The notes under the pieces: generated by a model
What the model was told of the DNA's origin: nothing
Database searches by the model: none
Seen by the model: only the letters and a program-made list of their open reading frames with translations
Assembly (NCBI GenBank): GCA_038087875.1
Contig: CM075988.1
Location: 17,486,001-17,550,000, forward strand
From: Malacoraja senta
Lineage: Eukaryota
DNA length: 64,000 nt
Direction of reading: 5' to 3'
Translations under genes and position numbers: made by a program
In this document: positions 12,650 to 24,841 of the stretch, piece by piece
Numbering within the stretch: position 1 is the stretch's first letter
Layout of the letters: each line of letters opens with the position of its first letter

Positions 12650-13470
12650 TTCACCCTGATACAGGCAGGAAGTGAGAGAATTTCACACCGAGTGCATATG
12701 GATACAATGTACATGGACACAAGATGAGATGTTATTCCTCAAGCTTGTGTGTGGATTCATTGTAAGTGCAGATGGTCATGGGTGGGTCAGAGTGGAAATG
12801 GGACGGAGAATTAAAGTGGCAGGCAACCAGAAGATCAGGGTCACTCCTATGAATTGATGCAGTTTCTTTGTGTTCATACTTGGTTCCTCCAGTCTAAAGA
12901 CCACCGCACTGTGAACACCAAACGCAGTGCGCTGGATTGCAAGTGAATTGCTGATTCATTTGGGCAGTGATCCCGACATTGGAAACCTGCTGCAACCATT
13001 TCAACTCTAAGAACTGTTCTGTTGCCAGTGAGGCCGTCACACAGAAGAGGCAAAGGACCAGTGACCCAGGAGCAAGTCCTCACGAGCGATGAGACTTTAA
13101 TACTCACGTTACTACATGTGTAAAACCCAGCTCACAAGTTGCATATTTTTGCATCCATTTGGATCCCTGGATGATAAGAAGACCAAAGGCAAAAGGACAG
13201 GTGTGGTTGCTTTGGAAATAAACACATGCAAGGGAACGGAAGAGCAGACTGGGGAGGCTCAAATCAAGCGATCCCTTCAAAACGATGAACGAGGGAAGGA
13301 ACATGTGTCTGGTGGTGGAAGCGTGTTGGGAATAGGTGGAAACTACAATGATCTGTTGAATGCAAAGATTGGTGAAGTGGAAGGCAAGGAGGATGGGACC
13401 TCTGGTATTTGACTGGCCAGGAGGAGAGAGGATGAGAACAGAGGTGCAGGAAATAGATGAAATGATCAAT
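12650..13470 (-). mobile_element. Old, fragmented Penelope-like element
   Basis: Minus-strand remnants resemble the GIY-YIG region (HFNSPSH, KLEE) and the upstream region of the 396-1148 copy. Confidence 0.55.
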
Positions 13471-13844
13471 AAAGACAGAAAACAAAAATACTGCATTTCA
13501 ATAGCATCTTCCACAAATTTGCAGCCAATTACTTTAAGAAATTTGTCGTGATGCAAGAAACACAATGCTTGATTCGTGCATGGCAAGATGTCACAAACGC
13601 CAATGTGGTGATGACCAGATTTTGTGATGATGTTAGAGAGCAGAATTTCCTTTGTTCTTCTCTGAGATATTGTCATGGGGTCATTCACATGGAGGTTATG
13701 ACTTGGTATGACATCTCCTCAGAGAGTGCAACCAACAATTCCCTTTTCATCCATCTGGCCGTTTCATGTTAGTGATAACATTTAACACACAAGGGTCCTC
13801 TGATGACATTGCTGTGCTGGGCTTAATGATTAGGCTAAGTTCTG

Positions 13845-14046
13845 CTTAGTTTAGTTTAGTTTAGTTTATTTTAGAGATACAGCATGGAAACTGGCCCTCT
13901 TCGGCCCACCGACCAGCGATCACCCGTACACTAACACGATCCTACACACTAGGGACAATTTTACAATTTTTATCTCAGCCTATTAACCGCGAAACCTGCA
14001 CATCTTTGCAGCGTAGGAGGAAACCCGAGCACCCGGAGAAAACCCA
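13845..14046 (-). mobile_element. V-SINE 3' portion
   Basis: (TTTAG)n on plus strand; GGGTTTTCTCCGGGTGCTCGGGTTTCCTCCTAC on minus. Confidence 0.75.
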
Positions 14047-14483
14047 GTTCAAGTCCGCAACACGTGTGCGTTTCTATCAGGTGAATGCAAATGTCAAAGT
14101 TGCAGTCCATTTGAACTTGGCAAGCGCACCACCATTTCCAGTAATGAATCAACTACTTACTGTAAAAAAAAATGGAACCACCTCAATTGCCAATGATCTG
14201 TAATTCTTCAACAAAACTGCTCACTATCCTATGGACCAGTCGGTCCCGTGTTTGCAAGTCGGAAATGCAGCCGTAAATCGAGTTCCCTGATGGCAGTAGA
14301 GGTCGGCAGCCCCACAACTGTTGCCAAATCCACCCTGCTGGTCTCCCAAAAGTTCGAATTTCAGTACAAGCTGAACATCAGTCAGCCACACTTGGGAAGT
14401 CCTGTAAATGTCATTCTAGATACCAAAATTCCTGTTGCTCCATTCACTTACCACAGGATGCCTGACATAAAGTTTAACCTGTT

Positions 14484-14610
14484 TAAGAAGGAACTGCAGA
14501 TGCTGGAAAATCGAAGGTACACAAAAATGCTGGAGAAACTCAGCGGGTGCAGCAGCATCTATGGAGCGAAGGAAATAGGCAACGTTTCGGGCCGAAACCC
14601 TTCTTCAGAC
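14484..14610 (-). mobile_element. Penelope terminal-repeat fragment with intact hammerhead-like core
   Basis: Minus strand CTGAAGA-A-GGGTT-TC-GGCCC-GAAAC-GTT at 14608-14581. 17-bp flanking repeat GACATAAAGTTTAACCT at 14464-14480 and 14608-14624. Confidence 0.8.
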
Positions 14611-14715
14611 ATAAAGTTTAACCTTACGTGTACAGCAGGATGTAGTGAATGGTTTGCGGGGACCACAAAGGTAATAATCCTTGGGATTGGTACATTGGCA
14701 GAGGGCAAATACTAA

Positions 14716-15031
14716 CCTGTCCCACGGTGTGAGTTCATTCCAAGAGCTCTCCCGAGTTTAAAAAAAATCAAACTCGTGGTAAGCACGGAGAATGAACGTA
14801 GCGGGTACGTCGGAGCTCGGGAACGTCTCTTAGCGCTAACGGCAGGTACTCGGGAAGACTCGCTAATGGCAGGTAAGCACGGGAAGACTCGTGAAGATTT
14901 TTCAACATGATGAAAATTGTCCACGAGAGCCCCGAGTGCCGACGAGTGGCCATTACCGTGAATCTCCGAGTTCGAATCAGGGCAAACTCGGGAGAACTCT
15001 TTGAATGAACTCGTACCGTGGGACAGGGCTT
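14716..15031. mobile_element. PIF/Harbinger-type MITE
   Basis: Roughly 40-bp imperfect terminal inverted repeats (CCTGTCCCACGGT...GAGTTCATTC / GAATGAACTCGTACCGTGGGACAGGGCTT). TAA on both flanks; the left TIR lacks about 4 terminal bases. Confidence 0.8.
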
Positions 15032-15659
15032 TAAACTCTGAAACTTCCTCCCCCAGTCACAGAGACCCTCAGGTAAGATCTTTCTCTTTGACCAAGCTTT
15101 TGGCCATCTGTTCCCGTGTAGTTGGCTCAAGCATATTGGACAACTACCTTGAAACCATTCGGCCCATCGAGTTTGAGCTTGCTCTCTGAGCATTTCCCAG
15201 CAGTCTGTTTCACTTTGTCAAAGGTGTTATGTAAATACAGATTATTTTTGTCGCTCGTGTCCCTCACTGCCTGAACTCTGGTGATATAATTACACCGTAA
15301 ACCTTTCACATTAACCTCAGCTGAGTTTCAATTTCCAGTCGAAGTCATCCATCATCATTAACTTATTTAATGCACCAACACCTGAATAATTCCAAATCCC
15401 CCTCTTGCTTTTCATCATTGCGGTGCTCACTATACATGAGCCGATTACATCAATTAAGGTTTATCTGCAGCAAGGCAACTGTACATCATTACCGCCATCT
15501 GCAAGGGAATGTTTTTTTTAAAACAAGTCATAAACCAGCAATGACCCAAATAGCTTTCATTGGTTGAGAGTGCTGTACTGAGCTGACTGAATACAGTTCC
15601 TATTGTTAATAACAAGCTTGAGCTTTCGGCAGCAGTAACAGTTCCTCACACAGCGCAAA

Positions 15660-15840
15660 TGTGTGGGAAGGAACTGCAGATGCTGGTTTAAACCGAAGAT
15701 AGACACAAAAAGCTGGAGTAACTCAGCGGGACAGGCAGCGTATGTGGAGAGAAGGAATGTTCGACCCAAAACATCACCCATCCTTCTCTCCAGAGATGCT
15801 GCCTGTCCCGCTGAGTTACTGCAGCTTTTTGTGTCTGTCC
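15660..15840. mobile_element. Inverted pair of Penelope terminal-repeat fragments
   Basis: AGTAACTCAGCGGGACAGGCAGC followed by its reverse complement GCTGCCTGTCCCGCTGAGTTACT. Confidence 0.75.
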
Positions 15841-17631
15841 TCACACAGAGCAAGTACCCTAGCATATTTTCCTGAAATCATTTTGTGAGGCACGCCGCAC
15901 ACAATTACCATTGAAAACATGCAACCAGACACCTGCTCCATGTTGTCCCCTTGTAAGGACGTTATAAAAGCACAGAAGGAAGCCAATCAGTCTATTGTGC
16001 CTTTTATTAAAACAGGATTTACATACACATCTATGATTTACATATTTTTCAATTTAAAACATCCTTATCCAGGATTTATTCCAGCCTCTCCTGGCACCAA
16101 TTATTCCTGGAAAGCCTCCAGCAAGCTGGCTCCCTCCCTCCTTCCCTCCCTCCCTCAGGACAACAGGCATACACTTGGAAGAGGAGCAGGCAGTCACCTT
16201 GGGCACAGAGTGCTGGAGTAACTCAACGGGTCAGGCAGTGTCTCTGGAGAACATGGATAGGTGATGATTCGGGCCGAGAACCTTCTTCAGACTGGTCTCG
16301 AGTTGAAGCGTCACCTTTGCATGTCCTCCAGAGAAGCTGCCTGACCTGCCGAGTTACTCCAGCACTTTGTGTCCTTTTGTGTATTGGACATCGTTTTGCA
16401 GGAACTGCTCCAGTACATCGAGCGCTTTGGACTTTGAATAATGGCGCCAAAAATCCTAGCGCCAACATGTGTAATATATGCAAAAAGGATTTCACTGTGC
16501 ATTTACATATGTGACATTGAACCAGTATCTGCAATTCCTTGGTTGTAATCATCTTGGACTGATCAGTGGACAGAATGAACAGACGACATATTGATTTAGG
16601 ACCAGAGTTCCTCTAACTCTTTACTTTTTGCTCAAGATTGCTGCATCTGCAGTTTCTCTTGTCCATCCTGGGTCACGCCATGGATGGCTTGCTGCCAGCA
16701 CCAGGAATGGCCACTGGAATTTTGAGGAGCAAGCCCCTCATCCGAATTGCACCTTCCCCCACCCCACACTGCATGTTCAAAGATGAGAAGAGTGCATCCA
16801 TTCAATTTGCCCTATTCCCCTACTCTTACCCCAAGAGTCTTGCAGATGTTTACCCTTCAAGCATTTATCCAAATCCCTTTTGATAGCAGGTTTTGAATCT
16901 GCTTCCTCTGCTCTTGCCCGCAATGTATTCCAGGCCTCGGAATATATATTTGCGAGTTGGCATCATTCGCTGTCATCGTTGCTGATGATGCTTGCTGCTG
17001 CTGCAGCTGCTGCTCCTACGTCTAAACTCACTTTAATTTGTGGACTGTCTCTTTCTAGTTGGCTGCCCACCCAAGCACTCAACAGGTACCCCTGCCTATC
17101 TCCACACAGTGGTTATTAGGCCAACAGACAAGCTGTAGGTAATCACACCAAGGTATGTAGAACGACAAAAGGATGGACATTAGACACCACAAGATGAGGT
17201 GAACTCCGAACACTCTTATTTACTTTAGACTTTAGGGACAGCACCTGAGGCCCAGCTTCAATCTTGACCTTGGCCGCTCTCGGAGTGGAATTTATACATT
17301 CAATTCCGTGCATGTGAGTTTTCTCCAAGTATTCTGATTTTCTCCCATGCTTCAAAAATGTATGGGTCTGCAGGTTAATTGGCCACTGTAAATTGTGAAA
17401 ATGAGTGAAAGAATCTTTGAACGAGAATAAAAGATAGGATTAATGTTGGATTAATGTAAATGCATGGTATGTGGTTGGCACAGACTCGGTGGGCCAAAGG
17501 GCCTGTTCCTGTATGACTATTGTTTTGCAAGACCTGAATGCTAAAACTCCATAGGCCGTTTACCTTTTCTGTCTAAACTATCATGTGTGGGATTCTAAAA
17601 CTTTAAGAGTTACTTGTGGGCATTAGTTTGT

Positions 17632-17928
17632 GGGCGGCACGGTGGCACAGCGGTAGAATTGCTGCCTGACAGCATTTACAGTACCAGAGACCCGGGTTCG
17701 ATCCTGACTATGGGTGCTGTCTATACATTCTCCCCGTGACCGTGTGGGCTTTTTTTTTCTTCTGAGATTCCTCTCACACTCCAAAAACAAGGGTTAATTG
17801 GCTTGGTATAAAAGTAAATTGTCCCTAGTGTGCAGGATAGTGTTAATGTGCGGGGATCGTTGGTTGGTGCGGACTCGGTGGGCCGAAGGGCCTGTTTCCG
17901 CGCTGTAACTCGAGACTAAACTAAACTA
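17632..17928 (+). mobile_element. V-SINE, near full length
   Basis: A-box TGGCACAGCGG, B-box GGTTCGATCC, tail GGGCCGAAGGGCCTGTTTCC...CTAAACTAAAC. Confidence 0.85.
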
Positions 17929-18854
17929 CTTAATCATTAACATATTACTCAAAATGGACCCCCCTGCTCTCCTTTATGCAAGCTATGCTTAGATTATTCT
18001 ATTAAAAAAAATCTTTGCTCATCCATTTAAAACTCCTTTACGTCACTGGCAGAACATAAATACAGCTGTTCTACCCCTTTGCTAGCTACCTGCAGCTTGG
18101 GTTCAATCTCAAATTAGTGTATGACATAGGCTGACCTCCTAATGGGGGAAAAACTGCACTGATGGAGATGTTGAAATTTAGATGAGATATTAAATGGAGG
18201 TTTTACCGGCCCTCATATGTGAATGTTATAAAAATCTGTTTATCTTTTCTGAAGAACAAGGAAGGGCCCTATATTTATCCGTCTAAAGTACTTGTAAGCA
18301 GCGTACTATTGCTGCTTATGGGAGCTTGCAATACGTAAATCGCTGCCACATACCCTATAATATATCATGGTCTGTACTTCAATTGACCGTAAAATATATT
18401 AGAATGCTTTAATGTTGTGGAGGATGCTAAATAAACATGGATGTCTAGTACTTGTTCTTAATAATCAAACGTCTTGCCCTGATCTCATCAAACGCTGAGA
18501 TAAGTGAATTACTAGCTTAGCAAACATCGGGACCTTCATGCAAATTGGCAAAAGTCCAACCTTGTCCTAACGTACCAAATAACCTTTATCGCATCACTAC
18601 AGACGGGTGGACAGTTAGTCAAAAATAAAATTGTATGGCATGTTATCCAAAAATACTTTAGAAATTTAATCTGCTCATTGTACTGGGCACTGCTGGAGAA
18701 ACCATGGTGGCAGCCATTTTGGGTTCCATACAAACCAACGCCAGGTTGCATTGGCTAAGATAAGGTGACAAGTTGCTGACACTTAGTAGACCTGAAGATG
18801 CGGAGGACAGGTGAACCTATAAAGGTTTATCTACTGATGTTAAAAACGCTTGTC

Positions 18855-19145
18855 ATTTAGTTTAATGGTGCAGCATGAAAACAGGTCCTTCAGCCCATCG
18901 AGTTCATGCCAACACTAGTTCTAGATTATTCCACTTATTTTCATCCACTCACTACACATTAGGGGGGCAATTTACAGTGGACGATAAACCCACAAACCCA
19001 CACATCTTTGGGGTATGGGAGGAAACCGGGGCACCTGGAGGAAACCCACCTGGTCACGGGGAGAACATGTAAACTCCATACAGACAGCACCCGAGATCAA
19101 GATTGAATCCGGATCTCTGGTGGTGTGAGGCAGTAGCTCTACCAG
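18855..19145 (-). mobile_element. V-SINE (diverged)
   Basis: V-domain and tail on the minus strand. Confidence 0.75.
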
Positions 19146-20019
19146 ACCTACACTACTCAGATAGACCAATGATCAGAATCTCTGAATCAGTTTTTCACTT
19201 AGACATTGGGTTTAAACATAGCTGGATAGTGGCAGGGTAGCAGACATATTGGAAAGCTTTTCGTATGATGGCTTTTGGACTAAAAATAGCATTGCTGTGC
19301 CCAAGACCCAGGATCCTTTTTCTAAAATTCAAAACCTCTCTTTGCATTTCCCTTGTTTTTGAGAGTACTATATTGTACTATATTGACTATCTTGTATTAT
19401 ATATGCCTTTCCCCACTGCTGTTCAGGGCTGAGATCTGCTTCGATTTTAGTCTGACTCCAAGTGTTCTTTACTACACATGCCAGCTTATCTGCACATCAT
19501 CGTGAGTAGTTGACTCACATCACGTAATGTATACCTCATCAACCTATAATCTGATACACTGCTATTAAATATACACCCAGTGCTTCTCGAATAGAAGGTT
19601 ATGGGAATAAAAAAAAAGCAAGCCAATGTCTCGTGCTGACCCCTAATACTGGCGCTGGGAACAGCCAGCAAGCACGACGTGTTATGAGTCACCATTGCAG
19701 CGACCTAATCCAAGTCCAGTAACGCACTGTGGTCTCTCTGCACTCTTATCTCACTATTGTCCTGATCACACTCTAATGGTGCAATGTTGGCAACTTCAAT
19801 ATCAGGCAATGTGTCCTGTAATCAACTGGTTGCATTCACCAGAAAATACCTTGGCCCATTTTAGTTTGCCATCCAAATGGTTTCTATTTCCACTCTCTCT
19901 CACAACTGGCACCATCGCCATTTATGTCATTCAGTCTCTCTTGGTCTCCATGCCGTCACGGGCATGTCCATTGTTCTGCGCAGCACCATCCAATGGGTTC
20001 TTAAAAGAATATAAACCTT

Positions 20020-20155
20020 GTGTGTAGGAAGGAAATGCAGATGCTGGTTTACAGGGAAGATAGACACAAAATGCTGGAGTAACTCAGCCGGTTAGGCAGC
20101 ATCTGTGAAGAAAAGGAACAGGTGACGTTTCGGGTTGAGACCCTTCATCAGACCC
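20020..20155 (-). mobile_element. Penelope terminal-repeat fragment with hammerhead-like core
   Basis: Minus strand CTGATGA-A-GGGTC-TC-AACCC-GAAAC-GTC at 20151-20124. Confidence 0.75.
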
Positions 20156-20496
20156 TGTTGCTTCTATTTATCCATCTACAAGATTCTTGTGCACATTTTT
20201 CATTTGCAGGTTCTCTCTGGGTCATGAAGGCGTGACGTGTGGACATCCAATACATAAGAGCGAGCGTTTAGGAGGCTGGCGAGATGGATGGGGATGGATT
20301 TGCCGGCTATCGCAAGGCTGTGGGGTGGGAACGGGGAATTTCCACGTTACTGCTCTGCACACAACTCCTCCCCTCCCCTAGCTGCAGCAATGGGGGGCTG
20401 GGTGGGATCGTGCCGAGGTGGGCGCGTTGAGCGGACCCACTCACCGAGTCAGTGAAGCCGGCTGGCGGCTGCTCTTCCCACCGGCTCGCTGTCCCA

Positions 20497-20905
20497 TAGA
20501 TACATTCATAGAAAATAGGTGCAGGAGTAGGTCATTCGGCCCTTTGGGCCAGCACCGTCATATAATGTGATCATGGCTGATCATCCACAATCAGTACCCC
20601 GTTCCTGCCTTCTCCCCATATCCCTCGACTCCGCTAGCCCTAAGAGCTCTATCTAACTCTCTTTTGAATACATCCAGTGAATCGGCCTCCACTGCTTTCT
20701 GAGGCAGAGAATTCCATAAATTCACAACTCTCTGGGTGAAAATGTTTTTCCTCATCTCAGTTCTAAATGGCCTACCCCTTATTCTTAAACTGTGACCCCT
20801 GGTTCTGGACTCCCCCAACATCGGGAACACGTTTCCTGCGTCTAGCGTGTCCAATCCCTTAAAAATGTGATATGTTTCTATAAGATCCCCTCACATTCTT
20901 CCAAC
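20497..20905 (-). mobile_element. CR1-type LINE 3' fragment
   Basis: ORF 20591-20854 FPMLGESRTRGHSLRIRGRPFRTEMRKNIFTQRVVNLWNSLP is the CR1 ORF2 C-terminus. Confidence 0.9.
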
Positions 20906-21479
20906 TCCCACTTCACAGCTACTTCTGTGACCCTCTCCCACTCACATCTTTCTTGTTCGTTTCTGACTCACAAACAGTACTCTGGAACTGAAACCTGTCA
21001 CAATCTAGGGACTTGCTGTACAAGGGAATTTTCCAATTGTCTAAAAGCGCCTTGTCCTTAATAATCTTGTGTACCTCAAGAACTCATCTTCTCGAGTATT
21101 ACCTTCCCACGCTAAAAGGCCTAATTTTCCTGATTCAGTCTTATCAACCTACTAATTCCCTCCTAATCACACACGTTTCAAGGTAACCTTATCAGCAGTA
21201 CCCAAGGCAATTACAACATCACTCTGCCAGGCTGAATTGAGGAAGTGGAAGCGGAGATCTTTAAACATGTCACCAGGTTTGATGTCTGGCCCTAAATGGT
21301 CTTAATTTCAATGTTTTCCAATTACATAAATGCTTGTTAAAGTCAATTATTGGTCCTGAAGTAACTTCCTGTTTTGTCATTTTAAGCTAAACTAGTAGAT
21401 ATGGACCACATTCTGGTTAAAAAAAACATATGGACACCACATTCTGATTCATTACTAATTCTTCTCAGTTCTAAGGACT

Positions 21480-21945
21480 GACCTGAGACATCCATCCCTC
21501 CCCAACCTAGTCATCCTACGAGTTTCACTGTCGTCCTGCTTAGTTTCATTGCTTGCATCCCTCACGGGTTATTGATTGGGGACGATCAGCCATGATCGCA
21601 ATGAATGGCTCGAAGGGCCGAATGGCCTCCGCCTGCACCTATTTTCTATGTTTCTATGCACCCCCTCATTAGCACCTTTTCCACAGCCAACAATGGACCA
21701 TTGTGGGCTCCACCTTTCCTTGATCATCAGTGCTGGCTTTGATTTGTTCTTTTCATATCTTTCATTCATTTCTTCTTTGTATCTTTTCATATCTCTAGTT
21801 TCCCATCCTCTGACTCTTAGTCTGAAGGTGAGTCTCAACCCGAACCGTCACCTATTCCTTTTCTCCAGAGATACTGCCTGACCCGCTAAGCATTTTGAGT
21901 TTATCTTCAGTGTAAACCAGCACCTGCAGTTCCTTCCTACACCTC
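21480..21945 (+). mobile_element. Penelope 3' region interrupted by a CR1 tail (about 21570-21658)
   Basis: Similar to the 3' region of the 396-1148 copy; internal GAAGGGCCGAATGGCCT...TTCTATGTTTCTATG CR1 tail. Confidence 0.7.
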
Positions 21946-22179
21946 ATGAGCATTTCCAACGTTCTCTGTTATCAAATTATCCCTGGCAACAGTCCACTAC
22001 TAATCACCCAAAATCAACATTTTTATAGCAACAGTTTAATTAGTCTTTACCACATTGCTATTCATTGGAGTTTGCGTGCTTCTTTTGGTGGTGTATTCTC
22101 CACATAGTTGGTTTTGACTCGTATCAACTCCAACTTTAGCAAGAACCTGGACCCACTAAACTTGTCTACTGCTGCATAA

Positions 22180-23395
22180 ATCAATCTCTCTGGCTCTATA
22201 CTCTACATTGGACAACATGACCATGTTCGTCAGGCCTTTGCTCATTGACTACAGCTCAGCATTCAACACCATTATCCTCTCCAAACCTGTAATCAATCTG
22301 GGTCTCTGCAAATCACTAAGCAACTGAATCCTCAACTTCCTCATCAGCAGACCACAATCAGTAACAATTGGCAACAACATTTCCTCCTCGATAACCATCA
22401 GCATAGAAGCACCTCGGAGCTGTGTGCTCAGTTGCCTGTTCTACTCACTCTACACCCATGACGATGTAGTCAAACACAGTTCCAACACCATTTTAAAATT
22501 TGCTGACACCACCACCATAATTGCATGAATTGCGGGTAATAATGACACGGAGTATAGGAGGGAGGATGATAATCAGATTCAATGGTGCCAGAACTACAAC
22601 AACTTCCTGGCATGCAAATCTCTGAAGGTATGTCCTCGACCGAGCACATTGATGCAATGATAAAGAAAGCCGATCAACGCCTTTACTTCCTTAGAAAAAA
22701 AGGTTGAGGAGATTAAGTATGTCTCGACCCGAAACGTCACCTATTCCTTCCTTCCATAGATGCTGCCTCACCCGCTGAGTTTCTCCAGCATTTTTGTCGA
22801 CCTTCGATTTTTCCAGCATCTGCAATTCCTTCTTAAACATTCAGTATGTCGACGACTACTCTCTAACTTCCACAGGTGTACGGAGAGAGCATATTGGCTG
22901 GTTGCATCACAGTCTGGTTCAGAGACTCAAATGCCCAAGGACGAAGGCAATTACAAAAAGTGTTATATACTTCCCAGTCCATCACAGGTACTGACCTGCC
23001 CACCATCAAATACATGTTTACAAAGGCGCTGCCTCAAAAAGACAACCAACATCAACAAGGACCTGGCCACATTCATATTTCACTCCGACATTTGGGAAGA
23101 AGAGATATGAGTCTGTAAACTGTGATCTCCAGGTTCAAGTACAGCTTCCACCCAACAACCATCAGGCTCCATCTAACACACTACAAAACACCGACTAAAG
23201 TATGACCTGTCTTGGTCGCACTAAGGACTTTGGGCTTTTTGCATTAACATTAGGGTTTCTAATATTGATTTTTTCTTGTTTATTATGTTATCTATGAGTA
23301 CTGTGTTTACGGGCCTATAATCCTGCTGCAGATAAGTATTTCATTGTTCCGTTGTCAGTACATATGACAATTAAACATTCATGTCTCTTGACACT
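22180..23395 (+). mobile_element. Degenerate Rex1/Babar-like LINE with Penelope insert at about 22720-22835
   Basis: Reverse transcriptase motifs LLIDYSSAFNTII, LFYSLYTHD, KFADT and ESILAGCITVWF, with frameshifts. Confidence 0.8.
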
Positions 23396-23579
23396 TCATA
23401 ACAGCGACCCCACTTTATTGCTGTAGTGTGATTGAGTCGTTCTCAAAGGGGCTGAATGGCCACTACATACAAGCTCTGCTATCCAAGCCTAAACCAACAA
23501 CTGGAGATAAAGGAGTAGCGATCTCCATCCCCACTTCCTCACTGACATGGCTGCTGAACACCCAAGTCAAACTTTACCC

Positions 23580-24230
23580 TTTGTGTAGGAAGGAACTGCA
23601 GATGGAGGTTTACACTGAAGATAGACACAAAATGCTGGAGTAACACAGTGGGTCAGGCAGCATTTCTGGAGAAAAGGAATAGGTGATGTTTCAGCTCATG
23701 ATCTTTCTTCAGACTGAGAGTCAGGGAAGAGGGAAACTAGAGGTATGAAAAAGTTCAGGACAAATCAGGTGACCAAGCACCGATGACCAAGGTAAGGTGG
23801 AGCCCACAATGATCCATTGTTGGCTGTGGAAGAGGTGATAACGAAGGGATATATGGATGCGATCAGTGGAACTAGCAGGACTACTAGAGCAGGGGATGGA
23901 TGAAGAGAGAGGAAATGCAAGGGTTACTTGAAATTAGAGAAATTAATATTCATACCGCTGGGTTGTAAGCTGCCCAAGCAAAATATCTATGAGGTGCCAT
24001 TCCTCCAATTTGCACGTGGCTTCACTCTGGCAGTGGAGGAGGCCCAGGAATGAAAGGTCAGTATGGGAATGGGAAGGGGAGTTGAAATGATTGGCAACCG
24101 GGAGATTGCATAGGCCAAGGTGAACTAATTTCCCTCTCCCCTGGCTCTCAGTCTGAAGAAGGGTCTCGACCCAAAACGTCACCCACTCCTTTTCTCCAGA
24201 GATGCTGCCTGACCTGCTGAGTGACTCAAA
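23580..24230 (-). mobile_element. Penelope 3' fragment with inverted terminal copy
   Basis: Minus ORF contains LPVANHFNSPSHSHTDLSFLGLLHCQSEATCKLEE; plus-oriented terminal repeat at about 24130-24230. Confidence 0.85.
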
Positions 24231-24550
24231 CTTCACCTGCCTTCAAATTGCAGAGCTCCATTTCCCAATCCAGATTGCGCAGTGATCAGATTCCACAAGA
24301 GGTCATAAAATCCATACAGCTTTTAGGTAATGCATAATGAAAAGTGAACAATCTGACTAATGGATGGGAATAATTCTTAGTTATTTTTTGGACTCAGTCC
24401 AATCAACTTAAAACCAAGGGTAAGAATGTGATTTGAGAACACAAGATTCTTCAGAAGCCAATTTCCTCTCAGTCCATTAATGGCTTCTATTTATTTTGTT
24501 CTAAGAATATAGCTTTGGTCTTAATCCATCCCCCTCAGACCTAATTCTTA

Positions 24551-24841
24551 TGGGCCTGTCTCACCTAGGAGATTTTTCAGGCAACTGCCGGCGCCTGAAA
24601 AAACGGCAACTGGAACAGGCGACTGTTAGAGTGAAACACACACACACATCGCTTCCTTCACCAGCCCGTTATGCAGGCGTGGGACAGGGCAAGCGGGTGG
24701 AGCGCTGACTGAGTGAAATTCACATGGTGCAAAGCCAAGGTGATACCGCGTTGGACAGGAAGGTTGGCGCTGTAATTAAGACGGCCAAAGCACAGTGGCG
24801 ACTGCATAGTCTCCTGCAGTCGCCTAAGTGAGACAGGCCCA
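24551..24841. mobile_element. PIF/Harbinger-type MITE
   Basis: Perfect 14-bp TIR TGGGCCTGTCTCAC...GTGAGACAGGCCCA with TTA TSD at 24548-24550 and 24842-24844. Confidence 0.92.

Noticed and set aside
13104..13688. 194-aa ORF
   Set aside because: No recognisable domain, overlaps a decayed Penelope relic, no splice support.
16980..17016. Poly-alanine coding tract
   Set aside because: Short imperfect (GCT)n microsatellite in an unsupported ORF.
17632..17710. tRNA gene
   Set aside because: A and B boxes are present but continue into a V-domain and LINE tail; these are SINE heads, seen many times in the window.
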